Origin: Alphaproteobacteria bacterium
GTDB taxonomy: Bacteria > Pseudomonadota > Alphaproteobacteria > UBA828
NCBI GenBank assembly: GCA_963667785.2
Contig: CAXXMU010000006.1
Coordinates: forward strand, 448,001 to 512,000
Length of the DNA stretch: 64,000 nt
Direction of reading: 5' to 3'
Under the pieces are notes generated by a model, which did not search any database, was not told the origin of the DNA, and saw nothing but the letters and a program-made list of their open reading frames with translations. Positions 10,322 to 21,348 of the stretch are shown one piece after another (position 1 is the stretch's first letter; the number at the start of each line of letters is the position of its first letter). The position numbers and the translations under genes were made by a program.

Positions 10322-10840
10322 ATGGCTGTACGCCCGATCATCACCGCGCCCGACAAGCGGCTGAAGGCGCGCTCGCAGCCGGTCGACAGCGTCGACGACG
10401 AGGTGCGCGCACTCCTCGACGACATGCTGGAGACCATGTACGCCGCCGACGGGATCGGCCTCGCCGCCATCCAGGTCGGCGTGCCGCAGCGCTGCATCGT
10501 GGCCGACGTGCACATGGCGGACGAGCCGCCGGCGCCGCTCAAGCTGGTCAATCCGGAGATCGTCTGGCGCTCGGACGAGCGGGTAAGCCGCGAGGAGGGC
10601 TGCCTCTCCTTCCCCGACCACTATGCGGAGGTGGAGCGGCCGGAATCGGTGACGGTGGCCTATCGGGACGAGACCGGCGCGGCGCAGGAGGTGACGGCGG
10701 TGGGCACGCTCGCCGTCTGCCTCCAGCACGAGATCGACCATCTGGAGGGGGTGCTCTTCGTGGACTACCTGTCGCTGGTCAAGCGCAGCATCATCCTGCG
10801 CAAGCTGACCAAGGCGCGCCGCGCCGCCGCCGGCGCCTGA
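10322..10840 (+). CDS. def: Peptide deformylase
   Basis: [20 protein letters not shown]. Confidence 0.97.
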   Translation: MAVRPIITAPDKRLKARSQPVDSVDDEVRALLDDMLETMYAADGIGLAAIQVGVPQRCIVADVHMADEPPAPLKLVNPEIVWRSDERVSREEGCLSFPDHYAEVERPESVTVAYRDETGAAQEVTAVGTLAVCLQHEIDHLEGVLFVDYLSLVKRSIILRKLTKARRAAAGA

Positions 10841-10868
10841 GGCTCCCGTCGCACGCGGGGCCGCGCCG

Positions 10869-11828
10869 CTGCCGGAGTCCCCTAGGCCGCTCAGGCTGGT
10901 GTTCATGGGAACGCCGGCTTTCGCCGTGCCCACCCTCGATGCGCTCGCGGCGTGCGGCCATGCCGTCGCTGCGGTCTACACCCAGCCGCCGCGCGCGAGC
11001 GCGCGCGGGCAGAGGCTGCAACCGACGCCGGTGGCGGTGCGCGCGGACGCCGCCGGGATCGAGGTGAGAACGCCCGCGAGCCTTCGGCCGGCGGAGGCGC
11101 AGGCGGCGTTCGCGGCGCTCGGCTCGGACCTCGCGGTCACCGTCGCCTACGGCCTGATCCTGCCGCCCGCCGTGCTGACCGCGCCCCGCCTCGGCTGCAT
11201 CAACGCCCACGCCTCGCTGCTGCCCCGCTGGCGCGGCGCCGCGCCCATCCAGCGGGCCATCATGGCGGGCGACGAGGAGACCGGCGTCACCATCATGCGC
11301 ATGGACGAGGGGCTGGATACCGGCCCCATCCTCGGCACCGAGCGCGTGCCCATCGGGCCGGAGACCACGGGAGGCGCGCTCCACAATACGCTCGCCGCGC
11401 TCTCGGCCCGGATGATGGTCGCGGCAGTCGACGCGCTCGCCGCGGGCAGTCTCGCGGAGACGCCCCAGCCTGGCGACGGCGCCACCTATGCCGCGAAGCT
11501 GGAGAAGCACGAGGCCGCCATCGACTGGCGCGCGCCGGCGGCCGAGATCGAGCGCAAGGTGCGCGCGCTGGCGCCTGCACCGGGCGCCTGGTTCATCCTG
11601 GAGGGCACGCGCGTCAAGCTGCTGGCGGCGGCGGCGATCGAGGCGGACGCCCACGCGCCGCCCGGAACCGTTCTCGATCGTGCCCTCACCATCGCCTGCG
11701 GCGACGGCGCGGCGCTCAGCCCGACCCGGCTCCAGCGCGCCGGCAAGGCGCCGATGGGTAGGGACGCCTTCCTGCGCGGCCGGCCGATCGCAGCGGGCAC
11801 GCTTCTGCCATGCCCCGCTACAGGCTGA
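10869..11828 (+). CDS. fmt: Methionyl-tRNA formyltransferase
   Basis: [26 protein letters not shown]. Start uncertain (in-frame CTG 10869 or GTG 10899). Confidence 0.95.
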   Translation: MPESPRPLRLVFMGTPAFAVPTLDALAACGHAVAAVYTQPPRASARGQRLQPTPVAVRADAAGIEVRTPASLRPAEAQAAFAALGSDLAVTVAYGLILPPAVLTAPRLGCINAHASLLPRWRGAAPIQRAIMAGDEETGVTIMRMDEGLDTGPILGTERVPIGPETTGGALHNTLAALSARMMVAAVDALAAGSLAETPQPGDGATYAAKLEKHEAAIDWRAPAAEIERKVRALAPAPGAWFILEGTRVKLLAAAAIEADAHAPPGTVLDRALTIACGDGAALSPTRLQRAGKAPMGRDAFLRGRPIAAGTLLPCPATG

Positions 11829-12559
11829 CCCTCGAATACGACGGCACCGGCTTCGTCGGCTGGCAGCACCAGGGCGACGGGCGCTCGGTGCAGGAGGCGC
11901 TGGAGCGCGCGGTCGAGCGCTTCTCCGGCGAGCGGGTCAGGGTTCACGGCGCCGGCCGGACCGATTCGGGCGTGCACGCGCTCGGCCAGTGCTGTCACCT
12001 GGACCTCGCCCGCACGGTCCGCCCGGAGGTCCTGCGCGAGGCGCTGAATGCGCATCTCCGGCCCGCGCCGGCGGTCGTGACCCACGCGGCCGAGGCGGCG
12101 CCCGGCTTCGACGCCAGACGCGACGCGACGATGCGCGTCTACCTCTACCGGATCGTGAACCGCAAGGCGCCGCCGGCGCTCGCCCGCAAGCGCGCCTGGC
12201 ACCTGCCGCGCCCGCTCGACACGGGCGCCATGGCAGACGCCGCGCGCAGGCTCGAGGGCACCCACGACTTTACGACCTTTCGCGCCGCCCAGTGCCAGGC
12301 GGCATCGCCGGTCCGCACCCTGCGGAGCCTTGCCGTCAGGCGCTGCGGAGAGGAGATCGCCATCCGTGCCTGGGCGCGCTCCTTCCTCCACCACCAGGTG
12401 CGCGCGGTGGTGGGAACGCTGGCAGAGGTGGGCGAGGGCCGGCGGACACCCGCCGACGTGGGCGCCGCGCTCGCGGCCTGCGACCGCAGCCGGAGCGGCC
12501 CGACCGCCCCGGCCTGGGGCCTCTATCTGGAGGCGGTGCTCTATCCGCCCGAGTGCTGA
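11810..12559 (+). CDS. truA: tRNA pseudouridine(38-40) synthase
   Basis: [30 protein letters not shown]. Confidence 0.96.
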   Translation: MPRYRLTLEYDGTGFVGWQHQGDGRSVQEALERAVERFSGERVRVHGAGRTDSGVHALGQCCHLDLARTVRPEVLREALNAHLRPAPAVVTHAAEAAPGFDARRDATMRVYLYRIVNRKAPPALARKRAWHLPRPLDTGAMADAARRLEGTHDFTTFRAAQCQAASPVRTLRSLAVRRCGEEIAIRAWARSFLHHQVRAVVGTLAEVGEGRRTPADVGAALAACDRSRSGPTAPAWGLYLEAVLYPPEC

Positions 12560-12601
12560 TCGCCGCCGCGCCTGGCGAAACAGACGGCGGCGCGGGGCGC
12601 G

Positions 12602-13045
12602 CTACTTCTTGACCCCGAGAACTTCCCGCGTCCCCTGGATGCCGCCGCGGTAGATGCCGTCGACGAACTCCAGGCATTCCGCCTTGGTCTTGCCCCTCTT
12701 CGGCATGAAGCGGCTGGTCCATTCCACCTGACAGCGCCGCGAGGTGATCGGCTTCACCTTGATGGTGGCGGTGTAGTCGTAGAAGGGCACCAGGTCGTTC
12801 GGATCGTCGGTGATCCTGTAGATCTGCGTGCGGGTCGCCGTGTCGTACTTCAGCAGGGTCTCGTCGAGCGTGCCCTTCATCCCCTTGATCCTGAGCGTCC
12901 TCACCGTGCCCTTCTTGTTGAGGGTGCTCCTGGTGATGGCGCCGGCCATGATCACGGGCAGATTGTTGAACGCGCCCAACTCGCCGAAGACCCGGTCGGC
13001 CGATGCGCTGATCTCCTCGACCACCTTCGCTCGCGTATACGCCAT
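12602..13045 (-). CDS. SRPBCC / polyketide cyclase-like protein
   Basis: ISASADRVF, GTVRTL, Y-TATIKV and VEWTSRF pattern; 147 aa. Confidence 0.7.
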   Translation of the reverse strand: MAYTRAKVVEEISASADRVFGELGAFNNLPVIMAGAITRSTLNKKGTVRTLRIKGMKGTLDETLLKYDTATRTQIYRITDDPNDLVPFYDYTATIKVKPITSRRCQVEWTSRFMPKRGKTKAECLEFVDGIYRGGIQGTREVLGVKK

Positions 13046-13163
13046 TGCCCTCCCTCCGTTCGTTGTTTGCGGCGCGCCGGAATGGTGGACGCAAAGCGCG
13101 GCCAGCGCAACGCGCGATCTGGCGCGGATGCACCTACCCCCCGCCCCAATCGCTTCCTCATAC

Positions 13164-13258
13164 CGTCATGCCCGGACCTGTTCCGGGCATCTCTCGCCAC
13201 CAGAGCGTCCATGCGCGGGGCGAGCGAATGGATGGCCGGGACAAGCCCGGCCATGACG
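13164..13258. repeat. REP-like bipartite palindromic element
   Basis: CGTCATGCCCGGACCTGTTCCGGGCATC...GATGGCCGGGACAAGCCCGGCCATGACG: inverted pair of hairpins typical of alphaproteobacterial intergenic repeats. Confidence 0.75.
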
Positions 13259-13313
13259 TGAGGGGAGAACCGCGTGCATGTCCTGATTGTGCGGGAGCGT
13301 CTTGAGCAGGACG

Positions 13314-13601
13314 CTACCCCCCGCCCCGCTGGAAGGAGACCTCGAGCCGGGCGAGGTGCCCCGCCGCATCGGCGTGATCGATGTAGCGGAAGCGCGCGGT
13401 GAGGACGGGCAGGGCGAGCGAGGCGATGCGGCGCACGCGCTCGTCCGAGAGGGTGATCTCGAGCGTGCCGTCGTCGTCCTCCACCGTGATCCTGTCGCGG
13501 CCTACGACGATGCGCGCATGCGGGAGCGCACGCTCCAGCGTGCGCAGGAACGCGCTGCGCTCGATCGTCATCTCCTTTTCGACGGTGAGCGAGCGGGCCA
13601 C
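13314..13601 (-). CDS. Small hypothetical protein ending the AOR operon (AorE-like position)
   Basis: 95 aa ending FQRGGG, co-oriented after the MoaD paralogue. Confidence 0.65.
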   Translation of the reverse strand: MARSLTVEKEMTIERSAFLRTLERALPHARIVVGRDRITVEDDDGTLEITLSDERVRRIASLALPVLTARFRYIDHADAAGHLARLEVSFQRGGG

Positions 13602-13611
13602 GGGCGCCGGC

Positions 13612-13863
13612 TCAGCCGCCGGCCACCGGCGGCCAGACCGCCAGCGTGTCGTTCTCCCTCAGCGCGTGGGAGGCGCGCTCGCTCGGCTCCACGTAGACGC
13701 CGTTCACCAGCACGATGGAGCAGTACTGGCGTGGCAGGCCGAACCTGGCGAAGACGTCCTCCGGCGTGGTGCCGTCGTCCAGCTCCAGCTCGACCTGGTT
13801 GTCCACGGCGCCCGCCGGCAGATAGTCGCTCAGCAGCGCATAGAGCTTGACGTTGACCTTCAT
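13612..13863 (-). CDS. MoaD/ThiS family sulfur carrier
   Basis: Ubiquitin-like size, LVNG, C-terminal WPPVAGG. Confidence 0.92.
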   Translation of the reverse strand: MKVNVKLYALLSDYLPAGAVDNQVELELDDGTTPEDVFARFGLPRQYCSIVLVNGVYVEPSERASHALRENDTLAVWPPVAGG

Positions 13864-13922
13864 GGCGTCGGTCCGGCGCCGTCAGGGAGCCGCCGTCTCA
13901 GCGCCCATCGCTCTCCCGCCGC

Positions 13923-15170
13923 TCAGGTCTGGCTGTGCGCGACGTAGGCCTCCATCACCCGGTGCGGGTTCTCCAGCAGCTTCTCCTTCCAGTCGGCGAG
14001 CGCCGTCTGGTTCTGGATCAGGCCGCGGATCACGCCGACATGGTCGGTGAGCCCGAGGCCGAGCGCGCCGACGAGTCGGTCGCCGTCGAACTCGAGCCGG
14101 AGATACTTGAACTGGTCTTCGTCCACGACGACGCCGCTGTCGCCGCCAGCGACGCCGTCCCAGCTGCCGAAGGAGCTGGAGACGAGGCCCACGGTGGCGA
14201 GCACGTTCATGTTGAGGCTGCCCTTGTAGTGGGCGTGGCGCCCCAGCATGTTGAGCGCCGCGATGCGGCCGTGCTCGGTCGCGGTCGGCTGGATCGCGTG
14301 CACCGAGTACTCGCCGGTGGAGAAATCGAGGCCCTGGGCCACGTCGCCTGCGGCGAACACGCCTTCGGCGCTCGTCTCCAGGTGCTGGTCGACCAGCACG
14401 CCGTGGTCGGTCTTGATGCCGCTCCCCTCGAGGAAGCCAATGTTGGGGGCGACGCCGACGGCGAGCACGACGAGGTGGGCTTCGAGCCTCTCGCCGCTGT
14501 CGAGCACCACCGCCTTGTCGCCGCCAGCGCCGGATACCGCCTCGATCCCGGTGACCCGCGTAGACGTGAGCACCCGGATGTTCCTGGCCGCGCACCAGCG
14601 CTGCAGCATGCCGCCGGCCGTCGCGTCCATCATGCGCGAGACCATGCGATCCTCCATCTCCACCACGGAGAGGGTGCCGCAGCGCTTCGCCAGCGCTTCC
14701 ATGATGATGCAGCCGATGAAGCCGGCGCCGATCAGCACGACGTTGGCGTCGTCGTTCAGCAGCGCCGCGATCTCGCGGCAGTCCGCCAGCGTCCAGCAGT
14801 TGTGCACGCCGGGCGAATCGAGGCCCGGCACCGGCGGGCTGAGCGGTGTCGCGCCGGTGGCGATCAGCAGCCGGTCGTAGGTCACCTTGTCGCCGCCGCT
14901 GAGCGTGAGCGCGCCGTCCGCCGGCGCCAGCGATTCGGCCCGGCCCTGGCGGTACTCGATGCCGAGGCCCTCGTAGTGGCCGTCCGCCTTGCGCAGGTAG
15001 GTCCCGCTCTGCTCGATCATACCCTCGAGGACATAGGGGATCGCCATCCGGGAATAGGGCGGCTCCGGCTCGTCGCCGATCAGCACGATCCCGGCGTTCC
15101 GGTCTCCCTTGCGCAGGGTTTCGGCAGCAACCACGCCGGCCGGGCCGGCACCCACGATCACATGCTGCAT
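13923..15170 (-). CDS. FAD/NAD-dependent oxidoreductase (AOR-associated subunit)
   Basis: GAGPAG, LLIATGA, GAGFIG, FAAGDVA. Confidence 0.88.
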   Translation of the reverse strand: MQHVIVGAGPAGVVAAETLRKGDRNAGIVLIGDEPEPPYSRMAIPYVLEGMIEQSGTYLRKADGHYEGLGIEYRQGRAESLAPADGALTLSGGDKVTYDRLLIATGATPLSPPVPGLDSPGVHNCWTLADCREIAALLNDDANVVLIGAGFIGCIIMEALAKRCGTLSVVEMEDRMVSRMMDATAGGMLQRWCAARNIRVLTSTRVTGIEAVSGAGGDKAVVLDSGERLEAHLVVLAVGVAPNIGFLEGSGIKTDHGVLVDQHLETSAEGVFAAGDVAQGLDFSTGEYSVHAIQPTATEHGRIAALNMLGRHAHYKGSLNMNVLATVGLVSSSFGSWDGVAGGDSGVVVDEDQFKYLRLEFDGDRLVGALGLGLTDHVGVIRGLIQNQTALADWKEKLLENPHRVMEAYVAHSQT

Positions 15171-15378
15171 GTTGGCTCCCGCTTGGCTCTTCGCGCCGCC
15201 CCGCCGGCACCTGCGGAGATGCTGCCGGCTGCGGCCCGTTTCGTCGTGCTCACTCCCGCCACCCCCGATGCGAGCCGGGGGGCCGGTGCCCTGGTCGGCA
15301 CGTCCGGCCCCCCGCAGTCACGAGAATGACGATTGATCCGGCGCCGGATGGGACACCCGACGGCCGGCCGTCCCCGGC

Positions 15379-17223
15379 CTAGAGCGCGAGACGCTCCACT
15401 GTCTCGTTGCTGGGAACGCCGTCGTCGGTCCAGCCGCGCACCTCGTAATATTCCGGCAGCATCTTGTCGAGGCCGTTGGTGAGCCCCTCCGCCGGGCCGG
15501 TCTTCGCCGCGTCCTTCAGGAGACGCGCGGGCAGGGTGTCGTCCTTGCCCGTGAAGCCGGCCGCCGTGTTGTACTGCCGCTCCAGGTTCCAGATCCGCTC
15601 GCCGACCTCGAGCAGCCGCTCGGCCGTCCAGTCGCCCTCGCAGGCCGCGTTGACCTGCGGCGCGATGTCGTCGAGCGACCAGGCGAAGGTGGTGAAGACG
15701 CAGAGCCCCGTCGAATCCACCGCCGAGGTCGCGTCCTGGAAGGCCTTGACCAGCCCGGCCTTGCCCTCGGTCACGTGCGGGTCGGTCTTCTCCGGCACGC
15801 CGAGAATCTCGGACGAGACGGTGTAGGCCCGCAGGTGGCAGGCGCCCCGGTTCGCCGTCGCGTACGCGAGCCCCATGCCCTGGATGCCGCGCGAATCGTA
15901 CGCCGGGAACTCCTGGCCCTTGACCGACATGGAGAACTCCGGCTTGCCGTACTTCTCGCACAGCCGCTTGGAGCCGAGGCCGATGTCGGCGCCGAAGCCC
16001 TCGCCCTTGCCGGTGAGCTCGGCGAGGTCGGTCAGCGCCTTGGCGGAGCCGAACTTGCACTCGATGCCGCCGGTCTGCTCGTCGCTTATGGCGCCCTCCT
16101 CGTAGAGCTCCATGGCGGCGCCGACGGTGGCGCCGAAGGAGATCGGGTCGATCCCCTGCTCGTTGCAGATGAAGTTGGCGAAGGTGAGCGCGTCGAGATC
16201 GTCCACGCCGGTGGCCGCGCCCAGCGCCCAGGCCGCCTCGTACTCGAGGCCGCCGGAGGCGACCTGGTACTCAGGCCGCTCGGCCACGGTGTAGTGGGTA
16301 CGCTCGACCGTTGAAATCCGCCCGCAGGCGATGGTGCAGCCGAAGCAGGCGGCGTTGGTCACCAGGTTGGGCTTGCCGTCGGCGCGCGGCTCGGCCATCG
16401 CCTCGGCCGAGATGTTCTTCGCGCCGTCGAACTGCACGTCGCGGTGGTTGTGGGTCGGCAGCGCGCCGACCTCGTTGATGACGTTCATCAGCACCTGGGT
16501 GCCAAAGGCCGGCAGGCCCTGGCCCGTGACCGGGTTCTCGGCGAGGGTCTTCTTGCCGTCCGCGGTCGCCTGCATGAAGCTGCCGACGTCCTCGACGGAG
16601 ACGCCGAGGGTGCCGCGGATCGCGACGGCCTTGAGGTTCTTCGACCCCATCACCGTGCCGACGCCGGAGCGCCCGGCAGCCCGGTGCATGTCGTTCACCA
16701 CGCAGGCGAACTTGACGCCCTGCTCGCCGGCGACGCCGATCGAGGCGACGCGGATCAGCGGATCCTGATGCTTGGCCTTGATCCCCTCCTCGGTATCCCA
16801 GACCGACTTGCCCCAGTACTCGCCGGCGTCAAGCAGCCGGACGTTCTCGTTCTCCACCAGGAGGTAGACCGGCTCAGGCGCGCGGCCCTCGAAGATGATC
16901 ATGTCGTAGCCGGCGTTCTTCATCTCGTTGCCGAAGAAGCCGCCGGAATTCGAGCACGCGATGGCGCCGGTGAGCGCGCCCTTGGTCACGACCGAGTAGC
17001 GTCCGGCCGTGGACGCGCAGGTGCCCGTCAGCGGACCGGTGGTCATGATCATCTTGTTGTCGGGGGAGAGCGGGTCGACCTTGGGGTCGGTCTCCTCGAC
17101 CAGATACTTGGTCGCGAGCCCGCGCTGGCCCAGATACTTCTGGGCCCACTCCATGTTCAACGGCTCGTTCTTGCAGGTGCCCTCGGTGAGGTTGACCCGC
17201 AGTACGTTCCTTGCCCACGCCAT
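15379..17223 (-). CDS. Tungsten-type aldehyde oxidoreductase catalytic subunit
   Basis: RAAGRSGVGTVMGSKNLKA, CFGCTIACGR, EYE, RGACH, DSTGLCVF. Confidence 0.95.
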   Translation of the reverse strand: MAWARNVLRVNLTEGTCKNEPLNMEWAQKYLGQRGLATKYLVEETDPKVDPLSPDNKMIMTTGPLTGTCASTAGRYSVVTKGALTGAIACSNSGGFFGNEMKNAGYDMIIFEGRAPEPVYLLVENENVRLLDAGEYWGKSVWDTEEGIKAKHQDPLIRVASIGVAGEQGVKFACVVNDMHRAAGRSGVGTVMGSKNLKAVAIRGTLGVSVEDVGSFMQATADGKKTLAENPVTGQGLPAFGTQVLMNVINEVGALPTHNHRDVQFDGAKNISAEAMAEPRADGKPNLVTNAACFGCTIACGRISTVERTHYTVAERPEYQVASGGLEYEAAWALGAATGVDDLDALTFANFICNEQGIDPISFGATVGAAMELYEEGAISDEQTGGIECKFGSAKALTDLAELTGKGEGFGADIGLGSKRLCEKYGKPEFSMSVKGQEFPAYDSRGIQGMGLAYATANRGACHLRAYTVSSEILGVPEKTDPHVTEGKAGLVKAFQDATSAVDSTGLCVFTTFAWSLDDIAPQVNAACEGDWTAERLLEVGERIWNLERQYNTAAGFTGKDDTLPARLLKDAAKTGPAEGLTNGLDKMLPEYYEVRGWTDDGVPSNETVERLAL

Positions 17224-17235
17224 GACTAGCCCTCC

Positions 17236-17715
17236 CTAGGCCTCGGCCTGCGCGCCGGCGTCGGTCTTGGCCGCCCACTGGCGCATGCGATCGAGGCCGG
17301 TCCAGTTCGCGTCCACATAGGTGATCGCCGCTGTGGGGCAGGCCTTGGCGCACTCCGGATCGCCGCCGCAGAGGTCGCACTTGATCACCTTGCCGGTGGA
17401 GGCGTTGTAGTTCACCGTCCCGAAGGGGCAGGCGATGGTGCACACCTTGCAGCCGACGCAGAGCGCATCGGAGACCACCTTGGCGCCGGTCTCGGCGTCG
17501 AGCGTGATCGCGTCGACCGGGCAAGCCTGCATGCACCAGGCCTCGTCGCACTGGGTGCAGGTGTAGGGGACCATCCGCCCCTGGTCATGGAAGTTGAACA
17601 CCTTGATGCGAGACTTGGCAGGGTTGAACACTCCCTCGTTCACGTGGGAGCACGCCAGCTCGCATTGCAGGCAACCGGTACACTTGTCCGGGTCGATGTG
17701 AAGCGATTTCAGCAC
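17236..17715 (-). CDS. 4Fe-4S polyferredoxin subunit of AOR
   Basis: Four cysteine clusters (CTGCLQCELAC, CTQCDEAWCMQACP, CVGCKVCTIACP, CDLCGGDPECAKACP). Confidence 0.92.
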   Translation of the reverse strand: MLKSLHIDPDKCTGCLQCELACSHVNEGVFNPAKSRIKVFNFHDQGRMVPYTCTQCDEAWCMQACPVDAITLDAETGAKVVSDALCVGCKVCTIACPFGTVNYNASTGKVIKCDLCGGDPECAKACPTAAITYVDANWTGLDRMRQWAAKTDAGAQAEA

Positions 17716-17820
17716 GTTCGTAACCCCCCCTACGCGCCCCTCGGGCGCTCACTGACACTCTGCCTACACTCTACACCACTTGCGGCCCGCCATGCAGCGG
17801 ACAATCTGCGCCCTGATCCC

Positions 17821-18294
17821 CTAGCCCGCCATCGCCTCGGCGCCGGCGGCGATGGCCTTCACGATGTTGTGGTAGCCGGTGCAGCGGCAGAAATTGCCCT
17901 CCAGATAGGCGCGAATCTCCGCCTCGCTGGGGCTTTCGTTCCGCTTCACCAGGTCGAGCGCGCACATCACCATGCCGGGCGTGCAGAAGCCGCACTGCAG
18001 CGCGTGATGCTCCTTGAACGCCGCCTGCATGGGGTGCAGCGTATCGCCGTCCGCCACGCCCTCGATGGTGAGCACGTCGGCACCGTCGGCCTGCACGGCG
18101 AGCATGGTGCAGGCCTTCACGCATTCGCCCCCCACGTGCACGTTGCAGGCGCCGCACTGGCTCGTGTCGCAGCCCACGTGGGTCCCGGTGAGGCCGAGAT
18201 CGTAGCGCAGGAACTCGACGAGCAGCGTGCGGGTCGAGACCTCGCGCGCGACCGCTTCGCCGTTGACGGTCATTTCGACCTGAACCTGGGGCAC
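17821..18294 (-). CDS. CoxS-like 2Fe-2S subunit of the xanthine oxidase/CODH family
   Basis: [24 protein letters not shown]; GTG start with GGAGG upstream. Confidence 0.92.
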   Translation of the reverse strand: MPQVQVEMTVNGEAVAREVSTRTLLVEFLRYDLGLTGTHVGCDTSQCGACNVHVGGECVKACTMLAVQADGADVLTIEGVADGDTLHPMQAAFKEHHALQCGFCTPGMVMCALDLVKRNESPSEAEIRAYLEGNFCRCTGYHNIVKAIAAGAEAMAG

Positions 18295-18458
18295 GCCGCC
18301 TCCACCGGCCGGTGATTCACATACGCCGGGGAGAATACCCCCGACCCGCATGGCGGACAAAGCGTTTGTGCCCGCCGCCTGTAGCGCCCGCCGCGCACCG
18401 CCGGTATAGGATGGCGCGCGAACGAGAGACGGGAGAGACGGGTGAGCGGGGCACGGCC

Positions 18459-19997
18459 ATGAACATCGCGGCGCTCCTGACCAAGACCGCCCGGACCCTG
18501 CCCGAGCGGCCGGCGGTATCGCTCGGCGACCGGGTCGCGGTCCGCTACGGCACGCTCCACGCGCGGGCCGGCGCGATCGCCGGCGCGCTGCGCCGGACGC
18601 ACGGGCTCGCGCCCGGCGAGCGGGTGGCGATCGTCATGGCCAACCGGCCGGACTATCTCGAGGCACTGTTCGGCATCTGGTATGCGGGCCTCGTCGCCGT
18701 CCCTGTCAACGCCAAACTGCACCCGCGCGAGGTCGCCTACATCCTGGGCAACGCCGGATGCCGGCTCTGCATCGCCGACGAGGCCCATGCGGACGGGATC
18801 GAGGGCGTGCGCGCCGACCTGCCCGGCCTGGCGCCGCCGGTGATCGCCGGCGCCGACGACTGGCGCGCCATGCTCGGCCACGATCCCGCCGCGCCCGCAG
18901 ACGCCCGGCCCGACGACGCCGCCTGGCTCTTCTACACCAGCGGCACCACCGGCCGGCCCAAGGGGGCGACCATCACCCATCGCAACCTGCTGGTGATGAC
19001 GCTGAGCTACTTCGCCGATCTGAACCGCGTCTCGGCGGACGACTGCGTGCTCCACGCAGCCCCGCTCTCCCACGGCTCCGGCCTCTATGCGCTGCCCTTC
19101 GTCGCCATGGGCGCGGCCAACGTGATCCCGGAGAGCGGCGGCTTCGAGCCGGCGGAGGTGCTGGCCCTGATCGAGCGCCATCCGGGCCTCAGCATGTTCG
19201 CGGCCCCCACCATGGTGGTGCGGCTGCTGGACAGCCCGGCCCTCGGCAGCGCCGATACCGCCAACCTCGACCTCATCATCTATGGCGGCGGCCCGATGTA
19301 CGTCGCCGACGTGGAGCGCGCGCTCGCCGCCTTCGGCCCCAAGCTCGCCCAGATCTACGGCCAGGGCGAAGCGCCCATGACCATCACCGCGCTCTCCCGC
19401 GCGCGCCACGGCGAGAGCGGGCATCCGCGCTACCGCGAGCGCCTGGGCTCCGCCGGGGTCGCCCGCACAGACGTCGAGGTGCGGGTCGTCGACGAGGACG
19501 ACCGGGCGCTGCCGGCGGGCGAGACCGGTGAGATCGTCGTGCGCGGCGACGTGGTGATGAGCGGCTACTGGGAGAACCCGGAGGCCACGACGCAGGCGCT
19601 CAGGGGCGGCTGGCTGCACACCGGCGATGTCGGCCGCTTCGACGAGGACGGCTTCCTCACCCTGCTCGACCGGGCCAAGGACATGATCATCTCCGGTGGA
19701 ACCAACATCTATCCGCGCGAGATCGAGGAGGTGCTGCTGACCGACGAGGCGGTGCGCGAGGCCGCGGTCATCGGCCGCGCACACCCCGAATGGGGCGAGG
19801 AGGTGGTGGCCTTCGTCGTGCCCCACGAGGGCCGGAACGTCACCGCCGAGCGGCTGGACCGCCTCTGCCTGGAGAGCATCGCCCGCTTCAAGCGCCCGCG
19901 CGCCTACCGCATCGTGGACGGCCTGCCCAAGAACAACTACGGCAAGGTGCTCAAGCGCACACTCCGGGACGAGCTGGAAGCGGAGGCCGGGGCGTAG
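18459..19997 (+). CDS. AMP-dependent acyl-CoA ligase
   Basis: [28 protein letters not shown]. Confidence 0.93.
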   Translation: MNIAALLTKTARTLPERPAVSLGDRVAVRYGTLHARAGAIAGALRRTHGLAPGERVAIVMANRPDYLEALFGIWYAGLVAVPVNAKLHPREVAYILGNAGCRLCIADEAHADGIEGVRADLPGLAPPVIAGADDWRAMLGHDPAAPADARPDDAAWLFYTSGTTGRPKGATITHRNLLVMTLSYFADLNRVSADDCVLHAAPLSHGSGLYALPFVAMGAANVIPESGGFEPAEVLALIERHPGLSMFAAPTMVVRLLDSPALGSADTANLDLIIYGGGPMYVADVERALAAFGPKLAQIYGQGEAPMTITALSRARHGESGHPRYRERLGSAGVARTDVEVRVVDEDDRALPAGETGEIVVRGDVVMSGYWENPEATTQALRGGWLHTGDVGRFDEDGFLTLLDRAKDMIISGGTNIYPREIEEVLLTDEAVREAAVIGRAHPEWGEEVVAFVVPHEGRNVTAERLDRLCLESIARFKRPRAYRIVDGLPKNNYGKVLKRTLRDELEAEAGA

Positions 19998-20007
19998 TCG
20001 CGCGGCT

Positions 20008-21339
20008 TCAGCCCGGCGCGTAGGGGTTCTTGCCCGCGCGCAGCAGCAGGCGGATGGGCACGCCGGCAAGGCCGAACTCGGCGCCGATCCCGTTCGCCAG
20101 GTAGCGGCGATAGCTCTCCGGCAGCGCCGACGGCTTGCTGACGAAGAGGGCGAAGGTCGGCGGCCGGGCCTTCACCTGGGTGATGTAGCGGAGCTTCAGC
20201 CTGCGGCCTGCCGCGAGCGGCGGCGGATGGTGCTCGACGGCCGCCTCCAGCCAGCGGTTGAGCCGGGCAGTGGGCACGCGGCGGTTCCAGGTGTCGAAGG
20301 CCGCGAACACCGCCGGCATGACCCGTTCCGTGCCCGCGCCGGTGAGGGCCGAGCAGGTCACGACCGGAACCCCCTTCACCTGCGCCAGCGCATTCTCGAG
20401 CCGGTCGTCGAGGGCGGCGCGCACGGCCTTGCGGTCCCGCACCAGGTCCCACTTGTTGAGCAGGATGAGCGGGGCACGCCCCTCCTCGGCCACCCGGGCG
20501 GCGATCGTCATGTCCTGGCGGCCGGAGGGCTCGGCCGCGTCGAGCACGACCAGGACCACCGCCGCCTGGCCCAGCGCCCGCTCGGCGTCCCGCGCCGACA
20601 GCTTGTCGAGCGAGGCCGTGGTCCTGGCGCGGCGGCGCAGGCCGGCGGTGTCAACCAGCTCGATGGCGCGGCCCTCGCAGGACCAGCGCACGGCGATCGA
20701 ATCGCGGGTGAGGCCCGGCTCCGCGCCGGTGATGACCCGCGCCGCGCCGACCAGCCGGTTGAGCAGCGTCGACTTGCCGACGTTGGGCCGGCCGACGATG
20801 GCGAGCCTGAGCACGTCGTCGGCCGCGGCCTCGGGCGAGGCCTCGTCGGGCTCGAAGGGGCTGAGCGCATCGTGGAGATCAGCCATGCCGTCGCCGTGCT
20901 CGGCCGAGATCGGGATCGGCTCGCCGAGGCCCAGCGCATGGCTCTCAGCGATGCCGCCCTCGGCAGCGGCGCCCTCGCACTTGTTGACGGCGAGGATCAC
21001 CGGCAGCCGCAGCCGCCGCAGTTGCCGGGCGAAGAACGCGTCGGCGGGCGTCACGCCGGCGCGGCCGTCGATCAGCAGCAGGGCGACGTCGGCCTCGGCC
21101 AGCGCACGCTCCGTCTGTGCCATCATGCGGCCCTCGAGGGTCTCCGGGGCGGCTTCCTCGAGGCCGGCGGTGTCGATGGCGCGGAACCTGAGCGGGCCGA
21201 TCCGTGCCCAGCCCTCGCGGCGGTCCCGGGTCACGCCGGGCGTGGGCGCCACCAGGGCGGCGCGCCGGCCGACGAGCCGGTTGAAGAGCGTCGACTTGCC
21301 GACGTTGGGACGGCCCACGATGGCGACGGTGAAGCCCAC
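20008..21339 (-). CDS. der: Ribosome biogenesis GTPase Der
   Basis: Two GRPNVGKS/DTAG GTPase domains plus C-terminal KH-like domain. Confidence 0.97.
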   Translation of the reverse strand: MGFTVAIVGRPNVGKSTLFNRLVGRRAALVAPTPGVTRDRREGWARIGPLRFRAIDTAGLEEAAPETLEGRMMAQTERALAEADVALLLIDGRAGVTPADAFFARQLRRLRLPVILAVNKCEGAAAEGGIAESHALGLGEPIPISAEHGDGMADLHDALSPFEPDEASPEAAADDVLRLAIVGRPNVGKSTLLNRLVGAARVITGAEPGLTRDSIAVRWSCEGRAIELVDTAGLRRRARTTASLDKLSARDAERALGQAAVVLVVLDAAEPSGRQDMTIAARVAEEGRAPLILLNKWDLVRDRKAVRAALDDRLENALAQVKGVPVVTCSALTGAGTERVMPAVFAAFDTWNRRVPTARLNRWLEAAVEHHPPPLAAGRRLKLRYITQVKARPPTFALFVSKPSALPESYRRYLANGIGAEFGLAGVPIRLLLRAGKNPYAPG

Positions 21340-21348
21340 GGGCCCGCC

